Assembly (NCBI GenBank): GCA_010356995.1
Contig: ML996688.1
Location: 744,001-808,000 of the forward strand
Length of the DNA stretch: 64,000 nucleotides
DNA from: Trichodelitschia bisporula
Lineage: Eukaryota
Reading direction: 5' to 3'
Below are positions 48,133 through 60,004 of this stretch, piece after piece; position 1 is the stretch's first letter, and each line of letters starts with the position of its first letter. Both the position numbers and the translations under genes were made by a program. Under the pieces are notes generated by a model that saw nothing but the letters and a program-made list of their open reading frames with translations, ran no database searches and was not told the origin of the DNA.

Positions 48133-49776
48133 ATGGCCCTCCACTCCTGGGCCCTCCCCAAGCTCGCCAGCTTCCTCCCGCTCGACAGCGACTCCCTCTC
48201 CCAAATCCTCACCCAAGCCGAATCCCTCTCAAAACCCGACGCAGCCGAGCACTTCAAGTCGCTACTCGGTGACTCCCCCGCCGTGATCGAATTCATCTCC
48301 GCCTTCAACAGTCGGCGCCCCGCACCCCGCTCTCAAACCTACGCCTCGGCCTCCGGCTCCACCGCATCCAGCGCATCGCGACCTACCACCACCCCATCCC
48401 AACCATCTCCCGCCCCAAAAGACAATGCCAACCCCCCGCTTCCTGTCCCGAAGAAAGGCAAGAAAAAGAAGGCCCCGCTTAATGCCCTCCCTCCACCGCG
48501 CCGTCCGGACAACTTCGGCAACACGTCCGGCGGATACCTCAAGCCGAACACAGACGAGGATTACATGAGCTCGCGCAGCAAGAGCGGCGGCAAGAACAAG
48601 ACACTCGCACCAGGCAGCGGCGTAGCCTCAAAAAGCACATCCCCCGCCCCGTCACCCTTATCCTCCGCCCCGCCCTCCCGAACCAGCACACCCGCCCCGC
48701 AAAAACTCCCCCCCTCAGCAGCCGGGCGACTCATCTCCGACCCGCAACCCAAACCCACCCCCAAACCCAAGTCAAAACCCAAGCCCGCAACCGCGCACCT
48801 CGGCACCTCCACCCTGCGCCCCCCCTCCACCGCCATCTCCGACCTAGACTCCGCCCTCCGCACCCTCGAAGCCCAAACAAACCCCACCCTCGCCCCGCCC
48901 ACCCCGCACCCATGTCCCTGCAATGCCACGCGTCACCCCCTCCTCGAAGCCGCACCCAACTGCCTCTCCTGCGGCAAGATAATCTGCACAAAAGAAGGTC
49001 TGGGCCCGTGTACCTCCTGCGGCACGCCGCTGCTCACGCCCGCCCTCGCCGCCGCCATGGCCGCTGCCCTGCGCGACGAGCGCGCGCGTGAGCGCACAGC
49101 GCTTAATAATGCAAGCCAGCGGAGGGCCGATGTCGCGGGCTCTGCCCCTAGCTATGCGACGCCGCAGCGCGGGTATGCGGGCCCGAAGCCAGGTGAAGCG
49201 GCGCGGCTGGCGCGGGAACAGGAGGCGTTGGAGCAGGCGCAGGCGCATCGCGATCGGCTGCTTAATTTCCAGGCGAATAATGCGCGGCGGACACGGATTG
49301 TGGACCAGGCGGCGGATTTTGAGACGCCTGACGCGGGGGTGCCGGTTTGGGCTGGGCCGGCGGAGAGGGCGGCGCGGTTGAAGAAACAGTTGGGGGTGCT
49401 GAGGAGGAGGGAGAAGAGTGAGAGGGGGGAGCGGAAGGTTGTTGCGTTGGAGATTGTGGGGGGGAAACTGATTAAGAGGGTTAAGAGGGTTGAGGAGGTG
49501 GGGCTTGGGAGTGAGAGTGAGAGTAGTGAGAGTGAGGTTGAGGTGGTGGCTCCTGAGTGGGTGGGTGGAGGCGCATTTAGTCGGAATCCGCTTGTGGGAG
49601 GGTTGTTGAGGCCGGTTGCTAGGGTTAGTGTGGAGAAGGGGAAGGGGAAGGTTGAGGTAGAGAAGGGGACAACGTGGCGTCGTGTGCAGGATGAGGCGGA
49701 TGATGGGGAGAAGTGGATTTTGGATGGGGGGAGGGGAGGCGGAGGAGGTAGGGCGGATGAGCCGGCATGTGGGTGA
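48133..49776 (+). CDS. RQT4: C2HC5 zinc-finger protein, Rqt4/ASC-1 (TRIP4)-like
   Basis: CPCNATRHPLLEAAPNCLSCGKIICTKEGLGPCTSCG, HRDRLLNFQ...RTRIVDQAADF and a PWI-like N-terminus. Confidence 0.88.
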   Translation: MALHSWALPKLASFLPLDSDSLSQILTQAESLSKPDAAEHFKSLLGDSPAVIEFISAFNSRRPAPRSQTYASASGSTASSASRPTTTPSQPSPAPKDNANPPLPVPKKGKKKKAPLNALPPPRRPDNFGNTSGGYLKPNTDEDYMSSRSKSGGKNKTLAPGSGVASKSTSPAPSPLSSAPPSRTSTPAPQKLPPSAAGRLISDPQPKPTPKPKSKPKPATAHLGTSTLRPPSTAISDLDSALRTLEAQTNPTLAPPTPHPCPCNATRHPLLEAAPNCLSCGKIICTKEGLGPCTSCGTPLLTPALAAAMAAALRDERARERTALNNASQRRADVAGSAPSYATPQRGYAGPKPGEAARLAREQEALEQAQAHRDRLLNFQANNARRTRIVDQAADFETPDAGVPVWAGPAERAARLKKQLGVLRRREKSERGERKVVALEIVGGKLIKRVKRVEEVGLGSESESSESEVEVVAPEWVGGGAFSRNPLVGGLLRPVARVSVEKGKGKVEVEKGTTWRRVQDEADDGEKWILDGGRGGGGGRADEPACG

Positions 49777-50118
49777 TATCTTCCTCTAGCAGAGCGACAG
49801 AGCTGGAGATAGACGGATGTGTGCGAACGAGTAGCATGGGACAAGTAGAGAGAGACAAGGCCCGAGTTCCATTCTAGACTTATACACAGAGTAAAAAGGG
49901 GGTATATCAGAATCGAAAAGCTTTTCCCCCTATTGACAATGTAACAATCCGTACCCGAGAAAAGTGAATCCGAAACCACCTGACAAACGCATAACGGACA
50001 GACATCCAACCCCTCGCAAGCCAGCGTAAAGACGCAAAGACACGAGACCGCTATTCCCACGAAGAAAGCAGATACACAAGACGGCGCAACTCACGAAAAG
50101 ACGTTATGCACAAGCCTC

Positions 50119-51885
50119 CTACTCTCCCCTTCCATCCCCTCTCGTCCCCGGCCTCGAACCCGGTCTTGAGCTCGCATACCCAGCCTGATCACTAAGCCCA
50201 GGGTCCGGAATCTGAATATCAAGCTATGCACACACACATTAGCCTCCATCCCACACCCATACGGAAAGCAATACTCACACTCAAATACCCCGTCCGTCTC
50301 AACGGCACAATCTTCACCCCTTCCCTCTCCCCAACTTCCCGATTCCACCCCTCAATCCACTCCTCCAACCCCCTCAACCGCTTCTTAACCCCGGTAAGAC
50401 CAAGATCATCCCAAACCCAAAGCGTCACCACCCCAAGCAGCGCATCAATCCAAGCCCTCCAACCCCACGGATCAAACGCCTCCCTCAACTCCGCATTAAC
50501 CCTCCTAACCACCCGTCGAAACTCCTCCTCCCCGACCCAAGGCTCCAATATCTCAGGATACAAATTCGCAAAAGCAGGCGCCACATCCCCCGCCGCCATC
50601 CAATCCCTCCTCACACGAATCACCCTCGTAGACGCATATAACGGCGAATCCTTAGGAACATGCGGATTCGGATGCGGAAAACAAGGATGACTCGGACCCC
50701 ACGCATATTCACTCTCCCCCTCACTCCCCTCCTCACTCCCCAAACTCGCCGCACTCCCCCCGCCCCGCTGCGGCAACGTCGCCCGACTACTCTGATGCAC
50801 GAGCCCAGGACTCGGCAACGCAATCTCCGGATCCCTGATCCTCCGCTCGGGGCCCGCAGGCGCGAACGGCGCCACAAACCCCGGACTAAGCGGCGGCGGG
50901 TATCCCGGCCCTTGTGGCGCGGGGTAACCGGGGTGTTTCTCCTCCACGCGGATGTCCTCCATGCCCCTATCCCCCATGTGTCTCAGCTTCTGCTCTGGCT
51001 CCTGCTCTTGCTCCTGCTCCGTGGGCTCGGGAAAGCGCGGCGACGGCAGCGGACTCACGCTCGCGCCGGTCCCGGGCGAAATAGCCAGCTCCTCCTTCGG
51101 GGGGAGATTAGCAGAGTGGGCGTCGGCTTGCTCGCGCGGGAGTGCGATGCTCGATCTCCTGTCTTCGTCGGGGAGTTGGAGGGAGGGGCGCGGGGCGAGG
51201 ATGCGATCTGGTAGGAGCGGCGAGGTGGAGAGCGGCTCTGGGCGTGGTTGCGGGGGCGTCTGTGGCCGCGGCTGGGGTTGCTTGCCCTGGTCTTTGGCTT
51301 TTCCTTTGCCCTTTCCTTTCCTCGGGTCGGAATCGTTTCGAGGGCGGGCGCGATGGTGTAGTGTAACTGGGGAATGTAATTCCACCGCCGGCGCGCGCGG
51401 ACTATAATTCTGCGGATTCCACAGTCTCGCCGCGGGGGGCGGGCGGTGGATCGGCGAGGGTGGAAGACTACCCGGCGGAGCAGGCGGCGCAAACGGCGAG
51501 CGCAGACTAGACGCAAGCGCGCTGATGCGCGTCGTCAGCGAAGCCCGAGCTGCAGGCGCGGAGGTCGAAGGCGAAGCGTGCGGCGAGTGCTGCAGAGCGC
51601 GGCGCGGCGTGTACGTCTGCACCGGCGAGCGGGGTCTCGGCGGTGTATTCGGATCGGTGGTGCGGCGGGGCACGCTGGGAGATGTTGGCGACGCCGTTGT
51701 GAGGGTGGGAGGAGACGTTGTGGTGATGGTGTACTCGGAGCGCGGGAGGATGTGCGGTAGGGGGTTCGGGCGGAGGAGCGGTCGAGTCGCGTAGGCGCGC
51801 GGCTGGGGGGGGGCGGCGCGGCTGCGTGGGGAGGGCTGGGCGTGGGACTCGAGGGTGCGGATGCGGGCGGAGGTGGGCGATGCAT
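50119..51885 (-). CDS. ERF4: Ras palmitoyltransferase subunit Erf4/Shr5 (golgin A7 family); 5' end uncertain
   Basis: WGPSHPCFPHPNPHVP, TRVIRVRRDW, FANLYPEIL and PLRRTGYLS|LDIQIPDP. The start codon and first exon could not be resolved. Confidence 0.85.
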
Positions 51886-52964
51886 ACTCCTGCTCGCGGC
51901 GGCGGAGAAGGAGAGAGGTTTTACGCCAGACTGGGACGGTAGGTATCGTGAGACTGGGAGGCGAGGATGTCAGGAAGGGAATCGAAGGTTCGGGGCACAC
52001 GGAGGTTGGTGGTGAGTGTCTTTTTTTCTTTCTTTCTTTGTTTGTTTGTTTCTTTCTTTCTCGGGGCGGCGCGGCGAGGGGAGAGGACTGGGCGATCGGC
52101 GCGGCGGGCTGGGAAGCTTGTGCGCTCTTTTTCGTTTGCTTCACTTTTGCGCCACTTGCGATGGGGCTTGTGGGGTGAGACGCGAGGGGTGTGATGGGAT
52201 GGAGATGGAAGTGTGTTGGTGGCCTTGGGCTGAGTAGTAAGGAGATGGTCGGGTGAGAGCTGATGGTTGGAAATAGAAGTGAATGGAGAGAAGCTAGAGC
52301 TGGAGCTGAAGATGAAGCTGAACAGCAAGCGTCAAAAGCATCAACAGATGAACAGTAATGGCATCAATGCACAATCTTAAAGCCTCCCGATCAAACGGCC
52401 GAATCCAAGCGGATCCTCCCAAAATCCCGGTTCCTGATCTTCCGGTAAGAAGGGAGAAAAAAGCAAAAGATATTCTGACCGAACGCCGACCTCCAACCTT
52501 GGCCTCTAGTATCGCCCATCGCCATCCGAAAATGGTAAGTAACAAAGATGTTGCAAGCAATTGTCCAATCGTCTCGCTCTCTCTTTCGCCATGCCACTCT
52601 CCGGAACCTCATCCTCCTTCCTGCCCCAGCCCTAAACCATCACCATATATTTCGCCCCTTGCCCATCCTATCATCCTCCCTTCTCCTGTTATCATTGCAC
52701 CTTGGAAATCCCTCCAACCTAGGCAAGTCTTCGTTTATCGTCAAATCCTCTAGGCACCTAGTATCTCGGCATCTGCCATGTGCCATCCACCGGTCGAGTC
52801 GACAATCCACGTGCGAAGACCAAAAGTCCCATGTCCTATTACTCCACCCTACACATATTGCTCCCTCCACTAACACCCGTTACACTGCACCCCACAGCCG
52901 ACATTGCACTGCACTGGCCCAGATCAAGCAACAACCCCCCGAATCTCGTAACCCCCAAAATCAC

Positions 52965-55946
52965 TCACCTCTCCTCACGCCCAGGCTCATGGCCTCTCCT
53001 CACGTCTAGGTTCATCGCCTCCTCTTGCATCTTCCGCATCGCCGCACTGTGTGCCTCCCGCATCCTCGCACTCTGCATCTCCTTCGCCCGCCTCAACTCC
53101 TCGTCTTCGAACATCTGCATCTCTAGGTCACGCCGACGCACATCCAGCTGAAACTGATCCATCATCGTGCGCCGCCTGAGCTGGTCCCCTCGATTCTTCG
53201 ACGTCTCGGGAGGGCCAGACATCGTTCGCCGCCACTCCTTATTCTTCCCCGCCGATTTAATAAGTGGCCTAATCAGCGGCTCATTCTGCGACTGCACCGA
53301 ATGGCGGCGGTTGAGTCCGCCAGCAGGTATCGGCCCCTTCTGTCCCAATCCATAGAACGGAAAACTCTCACGCTTCTTCGCCCGGCTGATATTCTCTCGG
53401 TCCGGCGTTTGCTCGCCGACCTGGCCACGGTCGTAAATGGCCGCCAGCGGCTCGTCATCTTGCAAAGTCGCTGACGTCAGACGGCTCGAAACCATCGTGT
53501 TTTGCGGTCCGTTGCCCGTCAGATCGGAGCCCGTCCCGCTCTGCCGCTGCAGGAACATTTCCCTCTGGCGCGCCATCAGCGTCTCCGACGGATCGGGCCA
53601 GCTGAGGCGTGCCGACCTCCGGCGTGTGGAGCTCTGGACGGATTCGTGCCGAGAGGCGCGCCGGCTGTCGCTGATCTGCGTGGCCGCGCTGCGTCTGTGC
53701 AAGCCGTACTCGTCCACAGTCTTAGGTACTTGGCTATGACGACGGAAGACCTCCGAGTGTCGAGCGGGCTGCTCCATCGTCTCAGCCAATCTAGCGAGCT
53801 CCGCCGGTGGCACAGGCTGAGCCTCTGGGGCGGGCTTCGCAGGCCAAAACCCATCTACGGGGTCCTCATACCGAATAGGCTCCGGGTCGGGCAACTCAGC
53901 CTCCACTAACCTCTTAGCCCATTCGTCGACGCGAACTCGCTTCTCGTGGTACTTGAGCGGTGGACTTGGAATTGAAGGTGGGCCCGGCCTCGGGTGTTCC
54001 TCATCCACTTGAGACTCGGCCTGCGACGCACAGTCCGCAGCGGGGCTCAGAGCCGGCGGTGTGGGGCCACGACCCTCCCCATCTACGGGTGACGTCATCT
54101 CCGCCTTTGCCACGTCCACCGTGGATTTCCGTTCAGAGTCCGCGCCTAAGGCCCCACCACATCCCGCCAGACCTGTCAACTGGGGAAGCTTGCCCGAATT
54201 CTGTCGAGGCACGCGTACTGTCGAGGTTCCCGTCCTCGGAAACATGCCAGCTGGCGGAGGTTGGCTCCTGCCTTCGAGCGCTTCCAGAGCCTGGCGGCTA
54301 GCGAACTTTCGCGACCGATATCTACTGGGAACTCGTGGTAATGTGTGCTCTAGCGTCTTGTCGGACTCCATGGGCGTGATGCAATCACCAAGCGTAGCGG
54401 CCGCGGAGGATGGCATGGGACCCGAAAGCTCCATCCCGGTGCTGTCGAATTGATCGGCCCGCCGGCATGCGAAGTGATGGATTTCTTCAGACAGCGTCTG
54501 TTCGACATAGGGGTGATGTGTCAAAGCAGGGTAAGTGCGCAGCGGCATCGAGGGGACACTGGTCGGCGCTGTCGAAGGACGCTCGTCACGGTCGGTTGAG
54601 CCGAGATCCGCTAGCGGAACCTCCTCGTCGCTTGTTCTGTGATTTGGCCCACGCTGGCTCGAAGAAGCGGACGTCTCCATCACCTTGGATGACCGCTGCG
54701 TTGGCGGTGTCGGTAGATTGCCGCCGAATGTTTGCTCCCACTCCTCACGCTCCACCATATCCTGCTGTGTCCTTTGGCCGATTTCCGCCTCAACGGCACG
54801 TCGCTCAGCTTCAGACTGCTGGCGAACTGCCTCTTCGTCGGCCCGCCGCTGCCGTATAGACTCCCAGTTTTGCATTTGCAGGGCGGCACCCACCAAGGCC
54901 AAGGGGATGATGCAACAGTTCTCTGCAAGGATCCCAGGGGTTGCCGGATATGTATGTGTGCCGATTGGGAACTCTTTCTTATTCACCCCTAGCTTCGGTC
55001 AATGACGGGCCCTTAAGAATGGATATGTCTTACCCCATATATATATCCAAAACTCTTTGAGACCAGCTCTCGTAAAGCAGTCAATTCCTACCATGGCCGC
55101 AGTCGCTCCGGAAAATGCTAGACACGCAATGAGGCCGTGGTAACGAGTGTGCCGGCTCAGCGTAAACCCCAGGGGTAGGACTGTGACTATGCAAATGAAG
55201 GCGACTTTCCCCGGCGCGGATTTGACCGTGCCGCCATCGGTGAGACAGAGAACCCACATGGCGAAGCAGAACCCGCCAAGCTGATAGACAACAATTTGCG
55301 TGTGTTCTCGAAATATCAGGCTGAATACTCCCCCAACCACTCCCGCCGCGAGAGCAATTCCTAGGTATGCCCCTTGAATGCCGTTGCTGGCGGGGGGGTT
55401 GATTAGGTAGAGGACCAAAACTATAACACAGATGCCTATGGAATACAGCGTAGAGAAGAAGAGATGGTAACTGGAAAGGGTCAGCTAAATCATGACATGA
55501 TTTTGAAGGACGAACGATTTTGACTTGATTCCGATTGTGCAATATAGCAGCCCAGTGACCAGTAGAAGTGCTCCCGCGACACCCACAGCAGGTGAGATGA
55601 CTGGGATGATGGGCAGTTTTTTAGGGTCTGAGAAAACGATCAGAATTTATCTTTCAACACCTAGTAGCATACCGGTGACTGTAATTAGAGTCCCATTAGG
55701 AAGAAGCTGAAGGTGTCCCAAGGATGTCTCAGCACTGCTGGAGTGGTTGCCAGAGTTGGAGGGAGCCTCTGGTTCAGCCTCATCTCGACGGATGGCATGA
55801 AGGAACGCCTCACGGCAGACCGCACTGGATATACCTGCGGATATGTCCTTCACCAGAGCATCCTTGCAACTGGGACGGCTTGTGGTGGGAGACACGAACA
55901 GCAGCAGGAAGCCGACAATCCAGAGAAGCGCACGGATTGAACCCAT
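52965..55946 (-). CDS. DUF4203 (TM7S3/TMEM198-like) multi-pass membrane protein with long disordered C-terminus
   Basis: Signal peptide, LPIIPVISPAVGVAGALLL, LGGFCFAMW and GIDCFTRAGLKEFWIYIW. At least three introns. Confidence 0.82.
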
Positions 55947-57162
55947 ATCGGCCGGCGGGCAACGAAGTCGATACTGTTCAGCTTGTCACTCGCATAATCT
56001 CGATACGATATGCAGGAAAGTACGCAGCCGCTTGACCGTGACGCACGGGTTCACCGGGAGAAACGAAGGGCTCGAGTTGTGAGGCGCCGAAGATGCGGTT
56101 GCGGGTTGGGTAAGGAGAGAACGGCAAGTGCAAGGCAGAGACGAGGGAGCGACAGAGAGAGCAGCGAGAGTAACGAGAGCAAGAAGTTTAAGCCGGTTCC
56201 GGTGTTGCTAGCGCTGCACGGATGAGAGATGAATAGTTCGAGACTCAGGAGTAGGGCCTCCGGACGGTGAAGCGCGGAGGTGGGGAATGAGAGTGATGCC
56301 GGTGGAAGAGGAGAATTACACCATGTTACATCTCCCCGCTATCCTATTCGTCTCTGAACCTTGAAGCTCGCCACGTTGTTGACTAGTTCGGGGAGTCGCG
56401 CTTGCTACTTGCGCGCCGGGTCGGCTGGGTCAGTCTCCGACAACCTCGAGATGTGGAACTCTTATCAGATGGAATTCCTTACCAGTTTGCCCTCCAAAGA
56501 TGCATCATCCGCGAGACTTTGCAAGTATACTAGAAATGCCATCATATATTCTAGCAATTAAATATGGTCGTAGAGGAGGTGAAGCCATTTGCGAACTCCC
56601 CCCATTGCTGGAGAAGCTGCGAAACGAACAACTGCTAACAGTCACAGATCCATGGTACAAAGGTCGATCCCTAACGCGAACATCTCTAGCATTACGTAGC
56701 CATCAGTGTATTGTAGGTGGCCATTAACATACCAATTAGATGACCGGACCACCTCCCTTTCACCAAATGCCTCAGCCTTGCCACTGGAAACCTTCAGATA
56801 TCTGGTGGCCAATTGTGGACGGAGCGGAACAATCCTTTGATGGAATCCAAAGGCCAATCTAGACGTCATCATCGGATGAGAGTGAGGCGTTGTGCTAAGG
56901 TTTTGCAAGTCCGAGATCACATTGCTTGGGACCGCAAACCCTGATATCCAAGGTTGGTGGTTTACCGGTGGTGGAGTTCGGGACGTTTCTGGGCCTCGAC
57001 GTTGCCAAGTGCGGTGGAGATTGTCTGTAGGGACCACCCACCAGCCCGCCAACATCAGATCGCTGTACCCGACATCGTCCTCCGCAAAAGTACGTAGTAG
57101 TGCAGTCCATAAATGAGAATGTGTAAAGGCTTGCGAATGGAAACAGTCGCTTCGTCATGCAG

Positions 57163-58848
57163 CTACACCTCGACCAAACAAACACTATCCACAGCCCCGA
57201 AGCCCGCAGCAACACCACCCTCCTCGCTCTGGTCACCTTTAGTCCTCAGCAAGTACCCCGCCTCCCAGTTCTTCAAGATTTCTCCACCGTGTCTCCACAA
57301 GCAAACCCCGTAGACCCCGAGCTCACAGATAACGCCGCCCTTCTGGATCTCGCCGTTCCGTAAAATGACATTCCGCTGCGCAGGTGGCTCGATCATCTCC
57401 ATCAAGATATACGCCGGCCAAGCACTTTCATCCAGATCCTCAAGGAAACCTGGAATGGACTTGCGATACACATTGTTCCCCCCTCCTTCGCGCTGCGGCT
57501 TGAGCACATAATGTACCGCCTTCTCCGGATCCGTCGCTAGGGTCCGAGCTTGCCGGCCGGCCTCACTCACGTCCATTGGGTAGATCGGTGCAAACGTCGC
57601 CGCCACGGAGGCCGCTTCAGTTTTGTCGGGAAGAAATCGGGCAAGGTGTGGTGAAGCGGGTGTGGCGAGCACCTGCTGTATCTTCTTACACCCCGCTAGC
57701 TGGGTAAGGACGCTGGGGCACTTGATTGCTCTGCTGCGTTCGAGGTGTATACGCGCGTTCCAATCCTCCGGGCCACGGTAATCGCTGGGTGTGTATCCCG
57801 CACGGAAGTAGACGGTAGATACTTCGAACGGCGCATCAGGCGCATGGGGCGGTCGATACAAAAGCGTCCGATCAGCAGTAAGTTCCGTGTCCTGTGCAAT
57901 TCGGTCGAATGGAAGGCGGAATGTACGGATGCCATGAGTTTCCAAAAGGCGATATTCAAGGTGCCGTTGGTCAAACACATTTCGTTCGGGGTACTGGACC
58001 AGAAAAATAACACAGGAAGGGTTGTTGGTGGAGGGAGAATACTCGGTGTGTGCTGCAGCCAGCCCTATAGCTAGAGAAGGGACAGACCTGCTCGCAGGAA
58101 GGGCATCCTGCTCCTTAATACATTTCGTCTCCGGCGGATATGCTCCAATCGCCAGCAAGTGCTTGTGGAGAGCAGAGACGCCGACCGACAAGCCACCGAA
58201 TGACGAGGCTATGGTGTTGAACTCGACTTGCTTGATGCCCGGTTTTGAGGAGTTCCCGGACGGATCCACATGAACCATGTAGTCCGAGCGAAAGAGCCCG
58301 AGGGAAAGATCCTACAAGCCATGAGAATAAGCCGTGGAGACATCGTTAAGGACTGGCCTGCGCATAGCCCTCCTTCGTTACAGCCAGGTGGACCTTCAGA
58401 AGATCCGAAACGAAAGAGTCTATCTCTGCTATTCTTTTACCGATATCATCAGCAGAATCCTGTTGGGCAAGAGATGGAAAGAGCGACGAGCGGATGGATA
58501 TGAACCCAAGTGCTCAGGAAACAGTATCACAACAGAGATGACGTACTCTTCGATGATCGGAACCAACCATTCCTCGTCTCTCGCAATAGCAGCGTAAAGC
58601 TTATTATAGGCTAGTTGAATCCGAAGACCTTCGTCAAAGCAGGACTTCGGGAAGAGGCTTGGGAACAAGGTGACGGGCGCCGTGGCCGCAAGAACTCCTT
58701 CGGGGTCCACGTTCGTAGACACGAACGAAGCGGGCGGTCTAACAGCGAGTCCATGGGCTATAGACCAATCCTTAAGACTTTCTATGAGGAATTGACGGTT
58801 TGGCCCTGCTAAGTCCGGCGGGTACTCCGGGTAGATACCGCGAGCCAT
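57163..58848 (-). CDS. GSH2: Glutathione synthetase (eukaryotic type)
   Basis: APVTLFPS, LGLFRSDYM, KQVEFNTIASSFGG, YFRAGY, KPQREGGGNN and EGGVAAGFG. Two introns. Confidence 0.96.
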
Positions 58849-60004
58849 GGAGACGATGTAAAGAAGAGAGCTCTAGTACCGGGCGGCTATGAGCAATCTG
58901 AAGATGCTCCTGCGAAACTCAGTAGTACTCGGGACGTAAGAATAGGTTGATGAGAACAGAAAGTTGAACCCGAACTCGGCAAGGGTAAGTGGATGACGAG
59001 ATCTTGATCCTAGCTTGCGTCGAATCGGCACCAAGCCCAGCGGCTAAAGGATACTTTCAAGTCAAGTTCCTCAAAAGAGATGTGTAGTTTGCTAAACTTT
59101 CTTATGCTAAGATTGGGAAACCCAGGACATTCAGAGCCTACATCGGTACAAGCCAACTGATGCATTGCACGACGAATACGGAGGTATGATGGCAAATATT
59201 CATCTGACCACCCTTTCGATGCTTGAGCTCAAGGACCGTGACCTTTGGTGCCTTGACGCCTGCGGCGCGTTACCCTAGCGCATTAAGACTGCGCGAAGGA
59301 TGGCCTGGATACTAGATTAATGTCTTTGTCTCTTTGCTACTTGACAAGTCTGCCCGAAGCGAGCAGCGTGTTTTTTATCAGTTCATACAACTCTAAGCAG
59401 CAACAGGTCAAGGCGCAACAGGGGGCACAACCTATCTGCCTCACGTCCCGCTTGGCGCCACTGGATTTCTGCAACATTCCCCTAACAGGTGAAGTTTCAT
59501 AACAAGAATTGTAAATCCGTTACCGCGGGTGGAATTCGAGGAGTCACGGGACCTGGCGTTCGACACCAGCTTGAGAGCAAGTCCGTTTTGCCAAACCTAA
59601 CATTTTCCGAGTCCTCAACCCCACATAGTCGCTGTTGCGCAACTTCTCGCCTGCTCTCCCAATTTACCTCCTCAAAGTAATTTGACTGAGTGGTAACGGT
59701 ATGTTAAATGTCACATAAGCTATCTCCGCTTCTTGCCTCGTAATTCGTACCCGCGTCTCCGGCTTGACGCGAGGGAACCGGTTCCTACCCGCAGAAAACT
59801 ACGAAACGTGCCTTGCTAAAACGTTCCTCGTTTCAAGCGCTTGCGCCTAAGCTTTGCATTGTCTTTGTTGCTTCTGCGCGTGAGATGTGCCCGTAATTGT
59901 GTGCAACATACCCTATTTCATGTTCCCATAGCAGATATGGTAGCTCTCTATGGCCGACTGACTAACACATTTTCACAGGCTGAGCGTTCACGAAGCTGCC
60001 GGCA

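Noticed and set aside
49152..50060. 302-aa minus-strand ORF
   Set aside because: Shadow of the G-rich 3' end of RQT4.
59255..59295. Resemblance to phage f1 origin text (GCGCATTAAG)
   Set aside because: The match is only about 10 nt and no other vector sequence is nearby.
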